A stretch of DNA of 64,000 nucleotides from a virus. The number at the start of each line of letters is the position of its first letter. Within the stretch, counting starts at the first letter, position 1. Shown one piece after another: positions 28,538-38,028 of the stretch. Made by a program: the position numbers and the translations under genes. The notes under the pieces are model-generated. The model was given only the letters and a program-made list of their open reading frames with translations, made no database searches and was not told the origin of the DNA. Location of the stretch: IMG/VR virus record IMGVR_UViG_3300032360_000003, positions 2,975-66,974 of that record. One strand, given 5' to 3'.

Positions 28538-28632
28538 TAAAAATGTCAGTACAAAAATTGATAGAGTGGGTACTATTGGTTTTTATTTTCACTGTAATTA
28601 GTTTACTCATAATGATGTTTAGCAATTTATAG
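28534..28632 (+). CDS. Small single-TM peptide (32 aa, not in ORF track)
   Basis: ATGA-coupled to gp41; hydrophobic WVLLVFIFTVISLLIMMF. Confidence 0.45.
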   Translation: MIKMSVQKLIEWVLLVFIFTVISLLIMMFSNL

Positions 28633-28642
28633 GGGGGAAGTA

Positions 28643-28846
28643 ATGAAAACATTTCGTATTACATATACTCAAGCTTCCGAGAATATGGTTGAGATCGAAG
28701 CAGAAAGTGCTAAGGATGCATGGAAGCAAATAGTTAATGAAGATTTAGATAAAAAAAATATAATTTTGAATATTGAAGGTAAAATTCATTATAAAGCAAA
28801 AGTTACTGAGGAAATAACAAAGCATATTGCAACGAATCCAGTATAA
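28643..28846 (+). CDS. Hypothetical protein
   Basis: SD-like GGGGG upstream; coupled to the next ORF. Confidence 0.55.
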   Translation: MKTFRITYTQASENMVEIEAESAKDAWKQIVNEDLDKKNIILNIEGKIHYKAKVTEEITKHIATNPV

Positions 28847-29154
28847 TGAGTATTTGGAAATTTACACATTTTATATCTGATCGGTATTTGTTTCATGAAA
28901 GATGGGATAGGGATGATCCTAACTTAAAAGAAGAATTAATGATGGTTATGCATAATTTTGATCCGTTGATGGGTATTGGTAGAATGGAGAAATCTACTCA
29001 TTATGGATCTAGGAACGCATGGTATCATTATAAAAAGTCAGTAGACAAAATAATCCTTTTCAAAGTTTCAAATATAATCGAGGTTTACCCAACTGGTGAA
29101 AATATGGATAAACCATATGTGAAACCTCATCACATTTTTGAATGTTGGAGTTAA
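28846..29154 (+). CDS. Hypothetical protein
   Basis: Coupled ORF. Confidence 0.5.
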   Translation: MSIWKFTHFISDRYLFHERWDRDDPNLKEELMMVMHNFDPLMGIGRMEKSTHYGSRNAWYHYKKSVDKIILFKVSNIIEVYPTGENMDKPYVKPHHIFECWS

Positions 29155-29155
29155 T

Positions 29156-29740
29156 ATGTTAAAAACTACTTTAGAAATAGGTGTTATTATTGGTACTATA
29201 TTTCTTGGGGGTTGTGTAGCTACGGTTGATTATGACCCATATCCTAGAGATGATTATCCAATTATTAGAGTACATCCGATACCGCATAGTGAATATTATA
29301 GTTATAATGGATTGTTTGCATATGTGCCAAAGCCAATTCCAAGACGGTTGTATTTCTATAATCAATTATGGTATGATGAACCATCAACGGTAGTCATACG
29401 AAGTAATGTCGATAGAGTACGAGTTCCGAATTCAAAATTATCAACCCATTTCCGTACCGCACCTAAGCGGAGAAATGTTGATAAAGAATTTAAGGAAATG
29501 CATCGCAAAAAGAATGAACAACTTTTGAAAAAAAGGAGAACTCCTGATGAGTCAAGCCGAATTAAACGTGACTCCAGACGCACTGAAAGTATTCCAAGAA
29601 GTAATCCAAAAAGGAGAAGAAGTAGACCCAAGCAACGCCCTAGTTCGGGTGATGATAGCGGGAAAGACAGCAACAGAGTACGAGTACACGATGGGGATAG
29701 CGGAAAAAGACGAAGATCCAATAACCCACGCCAGAGATGA
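29156..29740 (+). CDS. Putative lipoprotein with Arg-rich tail
   Basis: Signal peptide plus lipobox FLGG-C; GGAG SD; 3' end overlaps nfuA. Confidence 0.5.
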   Translation: MLKTTLEIGVIIGTIFLGGCVATVDYDPYPRDDYPIIRVHPIPHSEYYSYNGLFAYVPKPIPRRLYFYNQLWYDEPSTVVIRSNVDRVRVPNSKLSTHFRTAPKRRNVDKEFKEMHRKKNEQLLKKRRTPDESSRIKRDSRRTESIPRSNPKRRRSRPKQRPSSGDDSGKDSNRVRVHDGDSGKRRRSNNPRQR

Positions 29741-30149
29741 TTTTTATGAATTTGATGATGTTACTCTTGTTATTGATGACGTTTCTATCAATAACCTTAA
29801 AGGATCGACTATAGATTATAAAGAGAGTGTTGATAAAATTGGGTTTGTTATAGATAATCCTAACAAGCCAATATGGAATGAAATAGAAAAGGGCTGTCAG
29901 CAATTACTGGATGAGCAAGTAAATCCGCAAGTTGCAATGCATAACGGTAGAATTGACGTAATTAGATTTGATGAGGACAACGGAGTTTTGTTTATTGAGA
30001 TGAAAGGTGGATGTCAAGGTTGTGCATCATCAGCACTTACACTGACGCAAGGTGTAGAAAATATTGTATTTGAACATTATTCAGAAGTTTATGAAATACA
30101 GGACGTAACGGATCATTCAACTGGTGAAAATCCATATTACGAAAGATAG
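29547..30149 (+). CDS. nfuA: Fe-S biogenesis protein NfuA-like
   Basis: Degenerate A-type N-domain plus NifU C-domain (GGCQGC, DVTDH..GENPYY). Confidence 0.88.
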   Translation: MSQAELNVTPDALKVFQEVIQKGEEVDPSNALVRVMIAGKTATEYEYTMGIAEKDEDPITHARDDFYEFDDVTLVIDDVSINNLKGSTIDYKESVDKIGFVIDNPNKPIWNEIEKGCQQLLDEQVNPQVAMHNGRIDVIRFDEDNGVLFIEMKGGCQGCASSALTLTQGVENIVFEHYSEVYEIQDVTDHSTGENPYYER

Positions 30150-30162
30150 AAAGGAGAAATTA

Positions 30163-30549
30163 ATGGCGGTTATAGCATATCTAAAGCAACAGTGTGGTTG
30201 GAGTCGTGGTGTTAGGGAAATATTGGCGAAGTATGGTATAGAATATGAAGAAAGGCAGATACATATACCAGAAAATTTTCAAGAAATGGTAGAAAAGACA
30301 GGTCAGGCACAGCAGCCATGTGTACAGTTATCGGATAATTTGATTCTTTCTGATATCAGTGGCAAAGAGCTCCAAGATTACTTGATAGAAAATGGTGAAG
30401 AATATATTGTTAATGATGGGTCTGTGCCATTGGATAGATCATGTACTCCAGAGGAAGAATTGCTTAAGCAACAAGCAACAGGTCAGGCTAATGGTGGTTC
30501 GCGACCACATATTCCGATAAGAGATACAGGGTTTTACGAGTCTCATTGA
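30163..30549 (+). CDS. Monothiol glutaredoxin-like protein
   Basis: YLKQQ-CGWS, TGQ..QPCV; AAGGAG SD. Confidence 0.75.
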   Translation: MAVIAYLKQQCGWSRGVREILAKYGIEYEERQIHIPENFQEMVEKTGQAQQPCVQLSDNLILSDISGKELQDYLIENGEEYIVNDGSVPLDRSCTPEEELLKQQATGQANGGSRPHIPIRDTGFYESH

Positions 30550-30860
30550 TGCTTTCCATTACAGCTATAGCAAAATCTAAGGCAATGGAACTTAGAGAGG
30601 ACGACAGTCATGGATTGCGAATAAAAGTAATCGGTGGCGGTTGTTCGGGGTTTATGTATGATTTGGGGTTTGATAATGAAGGAGATGCTGATAAGGTTGT
30701 TGATGTCGGCGGGATCAATCTTATTGTGGATAATCGTAGTATCCTGTATTTGGCGGGTTCTGCAATAGATTTTGAAGGTGGTTTGAATGGCACTGGATTT
30801 AAGATAGTTAATCCTAATGCAAATAGCACGTGTGGGTGTGGGGAGAGTTTTACAGTATGA
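30546..30860 (+). CDS. iscA: A-type Fe-S carrier (IscA/ErpA/HesB)
   Basis: GGGCSG...NPNA..TCGCGESF. Confidence 0.93.
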   Translation: MMLSITAIAKSKAMELREDDSHGLRIKVIGGGCSGFMYDLGFDNEGDADKVVDVGGINLIVDNRSILYLAGSAIDFEGGLNGTGFKIVNPNANSTCGCGESFTV

Positions 30861-31045
30861 TATACGAATATGAGTGTTTGGATTGTAAGATTTTGAAACA
30901 AGATTGTGATCTTCTTGAAGGATATAAATTCAAAGTTAATTTGAAAGAAGGAAGTAAAAAAACATATTGTGGAAAGCGTTGTCTTATAAAATTGAGATAT
31001 AGTGATTTGCAATATGGAAAGGGTAGAGTGAGACTAGTACAATGA
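30857..31045 (+). CDS. FmdB-like zinc-ribbon protein
   Basis: MIYEYECxxC; paralogue of the next ORF. Confidence 0.55.
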   Translation: MIYEYECLDCKILKQDCDLLEGYKFKVNLKEGSKKTYCGKRCLIKLRYSDLQYGKGRVRLVQ

Positions 31046-31320
31046 TATATGAATATGAGTGTCAGCTTTGTAAATTGATAGATGATTCTAGGGTTGAAGG
31101 ATGTAAGTTTCTGGTAGATCAGAGTATCAAAGATGAGTCATTGAAAAAATGTGGTGAATATTGTTTAGTACCAGAATATACTGGATCAAATCATGCTTAT
31201 ACTTGGATGCATGATCTTTTTGGTGAAGGTGCTGTAAAAAGGGTAATTACGGGTGGTTCTGGATTCATGCTCAAGGGTAGTGGATTTCATGCTAACGACT
31301 ATAAAAAAGGAAATAAATGA
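31042..31320 (+). CDS. FmdB-family zinc-ribbon protein
   Basis: MIYEYECxxC ... GFMLKGSGFHANDY. Confidence 0.75.
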   Translation: MIYEYECQLCKLIDDSRVEGCKFLVDQSIKDESLKKCGEYCLVPEYTGSNHAYTWMHDLFGEGAVKRVITGGSGFMLKGSGFHANDYKKGNK

Positions 31321-31503
31321 TGATAATTGAAAGACCAGAATGGATGGATGTTCCATTAACAACTCAAAAAGGTATTAGTGATTATATAGATCTATTAGAA
31401 AAGAAGGTAATAGAACTAGGAAAGGAATTGGATAAATATAAAGAGAACGAACGCCTTACAGAATTGTGGGCGAGAGGGGAGCTATTAAACTAGAGGCATA
31501 AAA

Positions 31504-32427
31504 ATGGAAAAGGCAACGATACGATGGGTTGGTGTTGCAACTATATTTTTATTTTTGTCATTACTTTTTACGTTGAAAGCACATGGTAAGCATTATGATG
31601 ATGTACGAATACCTAATAACGGAATAGTCAGTTACTACGACTTTGAAGATAGTCAGACTGGCGATCCGATTATTTTGGATAAAGTAGGGAAAAATGGTAT
31701 GAAGGTTTTTGGCTTTCCCGAAATTATTGATGGTACTAAGGGAGAAGGTTGGTACTCCAATTTGGTTCAAATATTGGGTGCAGATGGATTCAGTTATTTG
31801 GAAATACCTTTCATATCCGATTACAATACCAGATCATTTTCTATAGGATTTCAAGGTGGATTTGGTACAGTTGGCCTTGATGTTGGTCGAGAATTCGGGC
31901 CATGGGATTTGGATAGAAACTATTATTGGTCATGGGGCGATAAGATTGCACTATATATAACGTCTGAAACGGTTACTGAAGGACAGAGTTGGATGGAAGG
32001 TGTTATAGTAGATGGTGTGATGGTTGAAGAAGAAGTGGTAGCTGAGTATGAGTATGATCTATACACGACCAATTTGAGATTTGGTGACAAAACCTATAAG
32101 TTTCTTACGCATGATGCACAGTTTGCTTATCATCATTATGTTGTTGTTTATGATGGAACTAATCGCGTGTTGATGGGGTATTGGGATGGTCAGCAGCACA
32201 TTCGCGAATCAAATGTACTAAGACCTGTGGTTAGTGGTCAGCCTATTATGTTTGCAACTGATCATAAGTTGGAGCATAATTTTTCTGGTAGATTTGATGA
32301 GATTGCAATCTATAACAGACCGCTGACTCCAAATGAAGTAACGAGATACTACGGCGGTATGGGATTGAAAATTGAACCTAAAAATAAATTAGTAACAACT
32401 TGGGGAGAAATGAAGAAATGGAAATAA
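31504..32427 (+). CDS. Secreted LamG/concanavalin-like domain protein
   Basis: Signal peptide; VSYYDFE, HHYVVVYDG, FSGRFDEIAIYNRPLT; C-terminal IEPKNKLVTTWGEMK. Confidence 0.8.
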   Translation: MEKATIRWVGVATIFLFLSLLFTLKAHGKHYDDVRIPNNGIVSYYDFEDSQTGDPIILDKVGKNGMKVFGFPEIIDGTKGEGWYSNLVQILGADGFSYLEIPFISDYNTRSFSIGFQGGFGTVGLDVGREFGPWDLDRNYYWSWGDKIALYITSETVTEGQSWMEGVIVDGVMVEEEVVAEYEYDLYTTNLRFGDKTYKFLTHDAQFAYHHYVVVYDGTNRVLMGYWDGQQHIRESNVLRPVVSGQPIMFATDHKLEHNFSGRFDEIAIYNRPLTPNEVTRYYGGMGLKIEPKNKLVTTWGEMKKWK

Positions 32428-32651
32428 AATTACTTATTTTTCTTTTTATTATTGGTTTTACTGCTTATTGTAGTCAAGTTGAAGAAGAACCTGTGGTTGC
32501 ACCTAAGACCACAATTGAGATTGAACCAGGCGAATCTGTAGAACTAATCATAGTTGAACCGAACATAGAAATACTGAAAGAACTGAAAGAACGTTGGGAT
32601 TGGAGATCGCGAGAAAAATTGAGAAAAGAGCAGAAGGAAGTTGAAAAATAA
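32418..32651 (+). CDS. Hypothetical membrane protein or lipoprotein
   Basis: N-terminal hydrophobic stretch ending in Cys. Confidence 0.5.
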   Translation: MEIKLLIFLFIIGFTAYCSQVEEEPVVAPKTTIEIEPGESVELIIVEPNIEILKELKERWDWRSREKLRKEQKEVEK

Positions 32652-32666
32652 ATTTAGGGTATAGTC

Positions 32667-33227
32667 ATGGATGATGCAATTGGTATAAATGAATTAAGTC
32701 AAATGATACCAGAGGTAACAGATTTGATATTACCGTGGCTTGGTGTTTTAGTATCCATAGTTATATTTCTATGGTTCAAAGATTTTGCAACGCAGCTTGC
32801 AAAAGGACTTGCATTCAAGCATGATCCTCATTTTCAAGAAGGGGATCTTGTTTGGTTGGAAGATGAACCTGCAACTATTATCAAGATTGGTGCAACGCAG
32901 ACTATATTTGGAATTGTTAATGGTCGTGGAATGATATGGAGATTTGTACCCAATAGTGAAATCCATAGCGTGAAATTAGAAAAGATTGTAAGTGAAAAAA
33001 TACATTATGATAGCGATCAAGAGCAGGCAAGACAACTTAGAGAATTATTAAAATTGACCGAAGAACAAGATGAAATGATTGAAGAAAATAGAGAACGTGA
33101 TGTAGTGCAAGATGAAACTATTTCTAATATTGAACAATATAATCAATTGCAAGATGATAAAATGGAGCAGCATCGAAAACATTTAGAGAAAATGATAAAA
33201 TCATTGGAAGATAAGATAACGAAGTGA
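32667..33227 (+). CDS. MscS-like membrane protein with coiled-coil tail
   Basis: TM helix, then FQEGDLVWL..PATIIKIG..VPN, resembling the MscS beta-domain. Confidence 0.55.
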   Translation: MDDAIGINELSQMIPEVTDLILPWLGVLVSIVIFLWFKDFATQLAKGLAFKHDPHFQEGDLVWLEDEPATIIKIGATQTIFGIVNGRGMIWRFVPNSEIHSVKLEKIVSEKIHYDSDQEQARQLRELLKLTEEQDEMIEENRERDVVQDETISNIEQYNQLQDDKMEQHRKHLEKMIKSLEDKITK

Positions 33228-33529
33228 AAGAATATAAAGTTAAATCTGTATTTACTATACCTGATGATTCTAGTATACTAGTTGATGATAGTAACTTACA
33301 TAGTATGTGGTGTATATATCAAGGCAATGGGAAAACTTATAGGTTTTATTGTAATTTTTGTTCTATGATTATTACAGTAAAATTTCCAAGATATTCGCGA
33401 GTAGTAAGAAGGGTATATGAAGTAGAAGATGTTATTAAATTTCATTGGGCATGTCCAAGCTGTTGTAAAACAGCTCCAGTTTTGGAATTGATGGAAGATG
33501 AAAAATGGAATTGGGGCGAGGAAGAATGA
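33224..33529 (+). CDS. Hypothetical zinc-binding protein
   Basis: CxxC ... CxxC. Confidence 0.45.
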   Translation: MKEYKVKSVFTIPDDSSILVDDSNLHSMWCIYQGNGKTYRFYCNFCSMIITVKFPRYSRVVRRVYEVEDVIKFHWACPSCCKTAPVLELMEDEKWNWGEEE

Positions 33530-33750
33530 TAATACTAACTCTATTGAAGTATGGTTGGAGAGTTAGAAGGAAGGGTTGGTGGCATAGGTTCCCGTTTCTA
33601 CCTATACCGCCGAAGCAATGGTTAATGTGGAGATTTGAAACGGCTTGGGGTATAGATGCAATGAAGCCCAATTGGGAAGATTTTCCACCAATAAAAATAA
33701 TAATAAAAGATATTTACAACTTTGGGCACTTTTTAAGGCAAATGCCCTAA
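33505..33750 (+). CDS. Hypothetical protein
   Basis: Trp/Pro-rich ORF, coupled to upstream gene. Confidence 0.45.
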   Translation: MELGRGRMIILTLLKYGWRVRRKGWWHRFPFLPIPPKQWLMWRFETAWGIDAMKPNWEDFPPIKIIIKDIYNFGHFLRQMP

Positions 33751-33784
33751 ACCTTTTTGGTTTTAATACGTCTAATATAGTGTA
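33747..33784 (+). repeat. ECF-sigma-like promoter repeat, copy 1 of 6
   Basis: CTAAAC-16 nt-CGTCTAATATAGTGTA. Confidence 0.75.
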
Positions 33785-34125
33785 GAGAAAGATATGAATG
33801 ATAATTTTATTCCTGATTTGATAGGTTCAATACTTTTTTTAAGTGCTATATTATTGTATTGTATACTAAGGGGGTAGTATGAAAGGTCAAGTTGATATAA
33901 CGACAGGTAAGAAGTTGAAGTTTGAAAAAAAGAAAAAAGTAAAGGTTGTTGAAAACAAACCTAAAACTCTTTGGCAAAAAATTATGGATTGGTTAAATAC
34001 ACCAATTGGTGGACATTAGGGGGGTTATTATGATTGGTAAATGGATTTTTAGTTTTTCAGTTGCTATTGTTATTGGTTTATTTTTATTAATGTTAGTTGC
34101 AAAATTGTGGTAAGGAGAAGTTAAA

Positions 34126-34419
34126 ATGAGTGAAGTGAAAATTGTAAGATTGAAAACAGGTGAAGAAATACTTTGTGAATATGGGGTATCAGAGCATCGG
34201 AAAATGACGCATATTAAAAATGGTTTGATAATTGTTCCCACTGAAACTGCAATAGGATTCGTACCTTTTATGGTCTATGCAGATCTACCTGATAATACTT
34301 TTACGTTGAAGTCTAGTCATGTCTTGTGGGTTGTAGATCCAGTTGCTGAGTTAATAGAGAAGCATCGAGATACGTTCAATGCAATTGTCACGCCCGAGTC
34401 AAAAATCATTGTTCCATAA
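34126..34419 (+). CDS. Conserved T4-like hypothetical protein (Sm-like)
   Basis: VKIVRLKTGEEI ... IVTP..KII; AAGGAG SD. Confidence 0.7.
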   Translation: MSEVKIVRLKTGEEILCEYGVSEHRKMTHIKNGLIIVPTETAIGFVPFMVYADLPDNTFTLKSSHVLWVVDPVAELIEKHRDTFNAIVTPESKIIVP

Positions 34420-34422
34420 ATA
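34415..34422 (+). promoter_or_regulatory. Late promoter variant
   Basis: CATAAATA upstream of the genes carrying capsid-targeting-like leaders. Confidence 0.5.
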
Positions 34423-34450
34423 GTTAGGAATTCTTTATTTGGGGTTGCAG

Positions 34451-36223
34451 ATGTTAAATTTCAGACAATATTTAAAAGTTATTAATGGTGAGTGGTTGAA
34501 GGAGTGGGATGAGATGGCTATTAGTTATGGTTTGACTGAATTTATGAATGAAGGTGTTTCGATACCAGATCAGATAAAAGTTCTTCAGAAAGATATGTTC
34601 CCTAAAATTACTACAATACCAGCCTTAAAGGATTATTTGCATAAGGCTGGAGATATATTGGGTATTGAATTCAATAAGGATATGTTGCAATCAAACCCAA
34701 AAAGAATAGCTATGCCGGCCGAATGGACAACTGATGATTTGGCGGTGAGTGCCGAAAAGTTTAGAGATTTTTTAAATAAAGTTTTGCCAGTTAAAACAAA
34801 AATAGTTGATCCTAATGATAGTGTTGATGGATTAGAAAATGAGAGTACGGCATTTATGGGATTTGTTATAGATTTTGATGCTAAAAATGAATATCCAACT
34901 TCAAAATCTATGAAATATCTTATGCAACTTGCAGGAAATCAAAAGCGTTCTGCAGGAACAGCGTATCAAGAATCTGGTTTTCTCTTTGCTTTAGCAGCAA
35001 GTTTTAAATATAAAGATGATGATATTTTCAATAAGACTTATTGGAAATCTGATGACTGTAGAGGAAAAATACTAGTTGATGGTAAAAAATATAGTGAGGA
35101 TCAAGTTGAAAAAATATTCAATTTTTCTGTAGGTGTTGATTGGAAGAAATCAATAAGTAATGCAGCTGAAGCACTTAATGAACAATTAGGAAAAGCTCCT
35201 AAAAAATATTATAAAGATAGTGCTAAGTTTTTTATGAACAAACTTGCTAAAAAACTTTATGAAGATGACGAAACGATGTCAACGCCCTGGAATAATGATA
35301 AATGGAATCCTGCAGATGTTTGGTTTTCGTATGATGATGGTGTTGAGGAAAAAGTGAAACAATATGAGTCATTAGTTGATTTAAATGGCTATCTCAAAGA
35401 AAGTGTGGAAAATTCTACTGGTATTATTGGATTGTCATTAAAGAAATTTGAAAAAGGTGGCAATGTAGAAGTTATAGATATTGGAAAAAAACTAAAGACA
35501 GTAGAAAGCTTTGAGATAGTTTTGGGAGCATTATTCACTCAAGGCATAAATCAAAACTTGGTATTGAGTGTTCCCGGCTCAAATGAACCAGATAAGATAC
35601 ATAGTATAAGTTACAGACTTTTTCAAAGTGGGGCTAAAGAATTAATTCGCGGTGAAGTTGTAAAAAAAGGTACTGAAGCTTCACATGGTAAAGTATTTTT
35701 GTCTTATATTGATGATGCAGCTGGGAGTAATACAATCACTAAAATTGTGAATAAAGTTCGTGGTGATGGTAACATAGAATATGAGAAGGGTAAATATGTT
35801 CTTACAGATAAAGGTAAAAAGAGATATAGATTAGTTAGTAGAATGTATAGAACAAATGTTAAAAGAAGTACAGTAGTTTCGAGATCTGTTAGTGCACGAA
35901 CTAAAGAAAAACCTACTCTTGAAAAGGAATATGAAGTTTTTGATTCGTCAAAGTTCGTTGAAGGTGTTGCAATTTTTGAAAAACGGATGAATGACTATAT
36001 AGATTCTAAATTTTCTAGTAAAAGTACAACTCAAGTGATAAATGAAATGAGTGTTAAGCTTAATGCAACTTTTCAAAATGTAGTTTTTGCTGGATGGTGG
36101 ACTATTTTAGCTAGGAGTAAAAGAGGTAGGTTTGAAGAAGCAAATATGGTGGCCCAAAAGATGTTGTATTTTGGTTTGTCAATGGCTGATTTTTCTGCAG
36201 TACATCTTAAAATAGGTGGATAG
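34451..36223 (+). CDS. Putative PD-(D/E)xK-like nuclease
   Basis: TAYQE ... KWNPADVW ... IIGLSLKK; leader MLNFRQYL. Confidence 0.55.
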   Translation: MLNFRQYLKVINGEWLKEWDEMAISYGLTEFMNEGVSIPDQIKVLQKDMFPKITTIPALKDYLHKAGDILGIEFNKDMLQSNPKRIAMPAEWTTDDLAVSAEKFRDFLNKVLPVKTKIVDPNDSVDGLENESTAFMGFVIDFDAKNEYPTSKSMKYLMQLAGNQKRSAGTAYQESGFLFALAASFKYKDDDIFNKTYWKSDDCRGKILVDGKKYSEDQVEKIFNFSVGVDWKKSISNAAEALNEQLGKAPKKYYKDSAKFFMNKLAKKLYEDDETMSTPWNNDKWNPADVWFSYDDGVEEKVKQYESLVDLNGYLKESVENSTGIIGLSLKKFEKGGNVEVIDIGKKLKTVESFEIVLGALFTQGINQNLVLSVPGSNEPDKIHSISYRLFQSGAKELIRGEVVKKGTEASHGKVFLSYIDDAAGSNTITKIVNKVRGDGNIEYEKGKYVLTDKGKKRYRLVSRMYRTNVKRSTVVSRSVSARTKEKPTLEKEYEVFDSSKFVEGVAIFEKRMNDYIDSKFSSKSTTQVINEMSVKLNATFQNVVFAGWWTILARSKRGRFEEANMVAQKMLYFGLSMADFSAVHLKIGG

Positions 36224-37483
36224 ATGTTAACCTTTAAACAATTTCTCAAAGAAGAATCCGCACCGAAAAAGAATCTTCACTTAGAGCATATTGAAGATGA
36301 AATTTTCAACTTTGGTACATATGGTGCGAGGGAAGCAATTAGCTTCTTACAGTCTCTCAGGGATATGTTATCTGGTGAATCAGCCAGTCGAGTAAAAGTT
36401 ACAGTTAAATTTGATGGAGCTCCTGCGTTATTCGTAGGTACAGATCCATCTGATGGAAAGTTTTTTGTAGGTACAAAGGGTGTTTTCAACAAAAATGCCA
36501 AGTTAGTTAAGTCTATGGATGACATCGAAAAGTTAGGCTATAAAGGTGGACTAGCCAACAAACTAAAAATAGCATTCGAGGAACTTCAAACACTTGGTAT
36601 TGATGGGGTCTTACAAGGTGACATGATGTTTACCAAAGAAGATCTTTCATCGGTAAAAGTAGATGGAAAGCAATATACTATATTTCAACCTAATACAATC
36701 GTATATGCTGTTCCGACAGGATCGGCTCTTGACGATAAAATAAAAACAGCACAGATAGGAATTGTTTTCCATACTACTTATACTGGCGATTCACTAGAAA
36801 GCATGGGTGCCACATTTGGTGCAGATGTATCTAATTTGAAGAAAACGCCGAGAGTATGGTATTCAGACGTTAATTATGAAGATTATTCAGGCTCAGTATC
36901 GATGACCAAATCAGAAACTAATGAGATTACTAAGGCCTTGTCGGAAGCAGGGAAGTCATTTCGTAAAGTGGTTAGTGGTGATTTGGATGCATTCTTGAAG
37001 CACCAAAATAGTTTACCTTCCAGTGTAATTGGGGCGTCTATCAAAACCTATAACAATTCTAAAATTCGAGCTGGTGAAAAAGTAACCAATACAAGATCGC
37101 ATGCAAGAGCCTATCCAGATTATATTGAAAAATATTATGAAACTAAGATTTTACCGAAAGTGAAAAGTGATGCTGGTAAGGATAAAAAGAACAAAGAAAA
37201 AGAAGATTTTGTAAAGAAAGTAAAAGGTTGGATGTCTGTTGTTGAGGCATCATTAGAATTGCATAATCATCTGGTGGATGCAAAAATGATGATTATAAAT
37301 AAATTAGATAAGGGTTTTAAAAAGTTTCCTAATACGTTTGTAAGAACAGATAGTGGCTACAAAGTAGTTAATGATGAGGGATATGTTGCAATTGATACTA
37401 TCAAGGGTGATGCAGTGAAGCTTGTTGACCGTTTAGAATTTTCATATAACAATTTCAATGGTATTAAAAATTGGGATAAATAG
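36224..37483 (+). CDS. Conserved phage protein (DUF6267-like) with ligase-type nucleotidyltransferase motifs
   Basis: KNLHLEHIED, VKFDGAP (KxDG), LQGDMMF, EGYV, VKLVDR. Confidence 0.7.
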   Translation: MLTFKQFLKEESAPKKNLHLEHIEDEIFNFGTYGAREAISFLQSLRDMLSGESASRVKVTVKFDGAPALFVGTDPSDGKFFVGTKGVFNKNAKLVKSMDDIEKLGYKGGLANKLKIAFEELQTLGIDGVLQGDMMFTKEDLSSVKVDGKQYTIFQPNTIVYAVPTGSALDDKIKTAQIGIVFHTTYTGDSLESMGATFGADVSNLKKTPRVWYSDVNYEDYSGSVSMTKSETNEITKALSEAGKSFRKVVSGDLDAFLKHQNSLPSSVIGASIKTYNNSKIRAGEKVTNTRSHARAYPDYIEKYYETKILPKVKSDAGKDKKNKEKEDFVKKVKGWMSVVEASLELHNHLVDAKMMIINKLDKGFKKFPNTFVRTDSGYKVVNDEGYVAIDTIKGDAVKLVDRLEFSYNNFNGIKNWDK

Positions 37484-37492
37484 GAGACTTAA

Positions 37493-37741
37493 ATGAAGAC
37501 TTTTAATGAATTATACGGAGATAGTCAATTTAGATCTAGTCGTGGAATAAGAGAGCCAGCATTACAATATACTGAGCCAGATGAATTATCACAAGTATTG
37601 AATTTTGCATTGGATGAATTAAAGATTGCTCTTGATAATGCAAGGAATCCAGAGCGTTATGCAGAAAAATTTTCAAGAAGTGTGCCTGGGTTGGTTGATA
37701 ATATTGAAAGAATTACCAAATCGTTGGAAAAAATGAGATGA
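37493..37741 (+). CDS. Small putative internal head protein
   Basis: MKTFNEL leader; AGGAG SD. Confidence 0.55.
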   Translation: MKTFNELYGDSQFRSSRGIREPALQYTEPDELSQVLNFALDELKIALDNARNPERYAEKFSRSVPGLVDNIERITKSLEKMR

Positions 37742-38028
37742 AAAAGTATTCGGAATTAGTCAATGAACTAACTGAAAAATTTACCAATAAAGAATATGTA
37801 ATAGACCAACTTTCAAATTCTATGGAGAATTATGATGAAACGAGTTTTGCTATGCATATGAAAAGGGAAACTGGAATTGATCAAAGTGTGTTTCGTGCAA
37901 TCTACAAGTCTTGGTCAAAACTTTCTGGTCAGGTTAAAAATCAAAATGCATATGGTTGGGATAAGTGGTTGGATCAGTTTAGCAGGCTGTTACCATTTGG
38001 ATGGGCTGGTGCAGACGGGCTCAAATAG
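37738..38028 (+). CDS. Small putative internal head protein
   Basis: MKKYSELVNE leader; ATGA coupling. Confidence 0.55.
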   Translation: MKKYSELVNELTEKFTNKEYVIDQLSNSMENYDETSFAMHMKRETGIDQSVFRAIYKSWSKLSGQVKNQNAYGWDKWLDQFSRLLPFGWAGADGLK

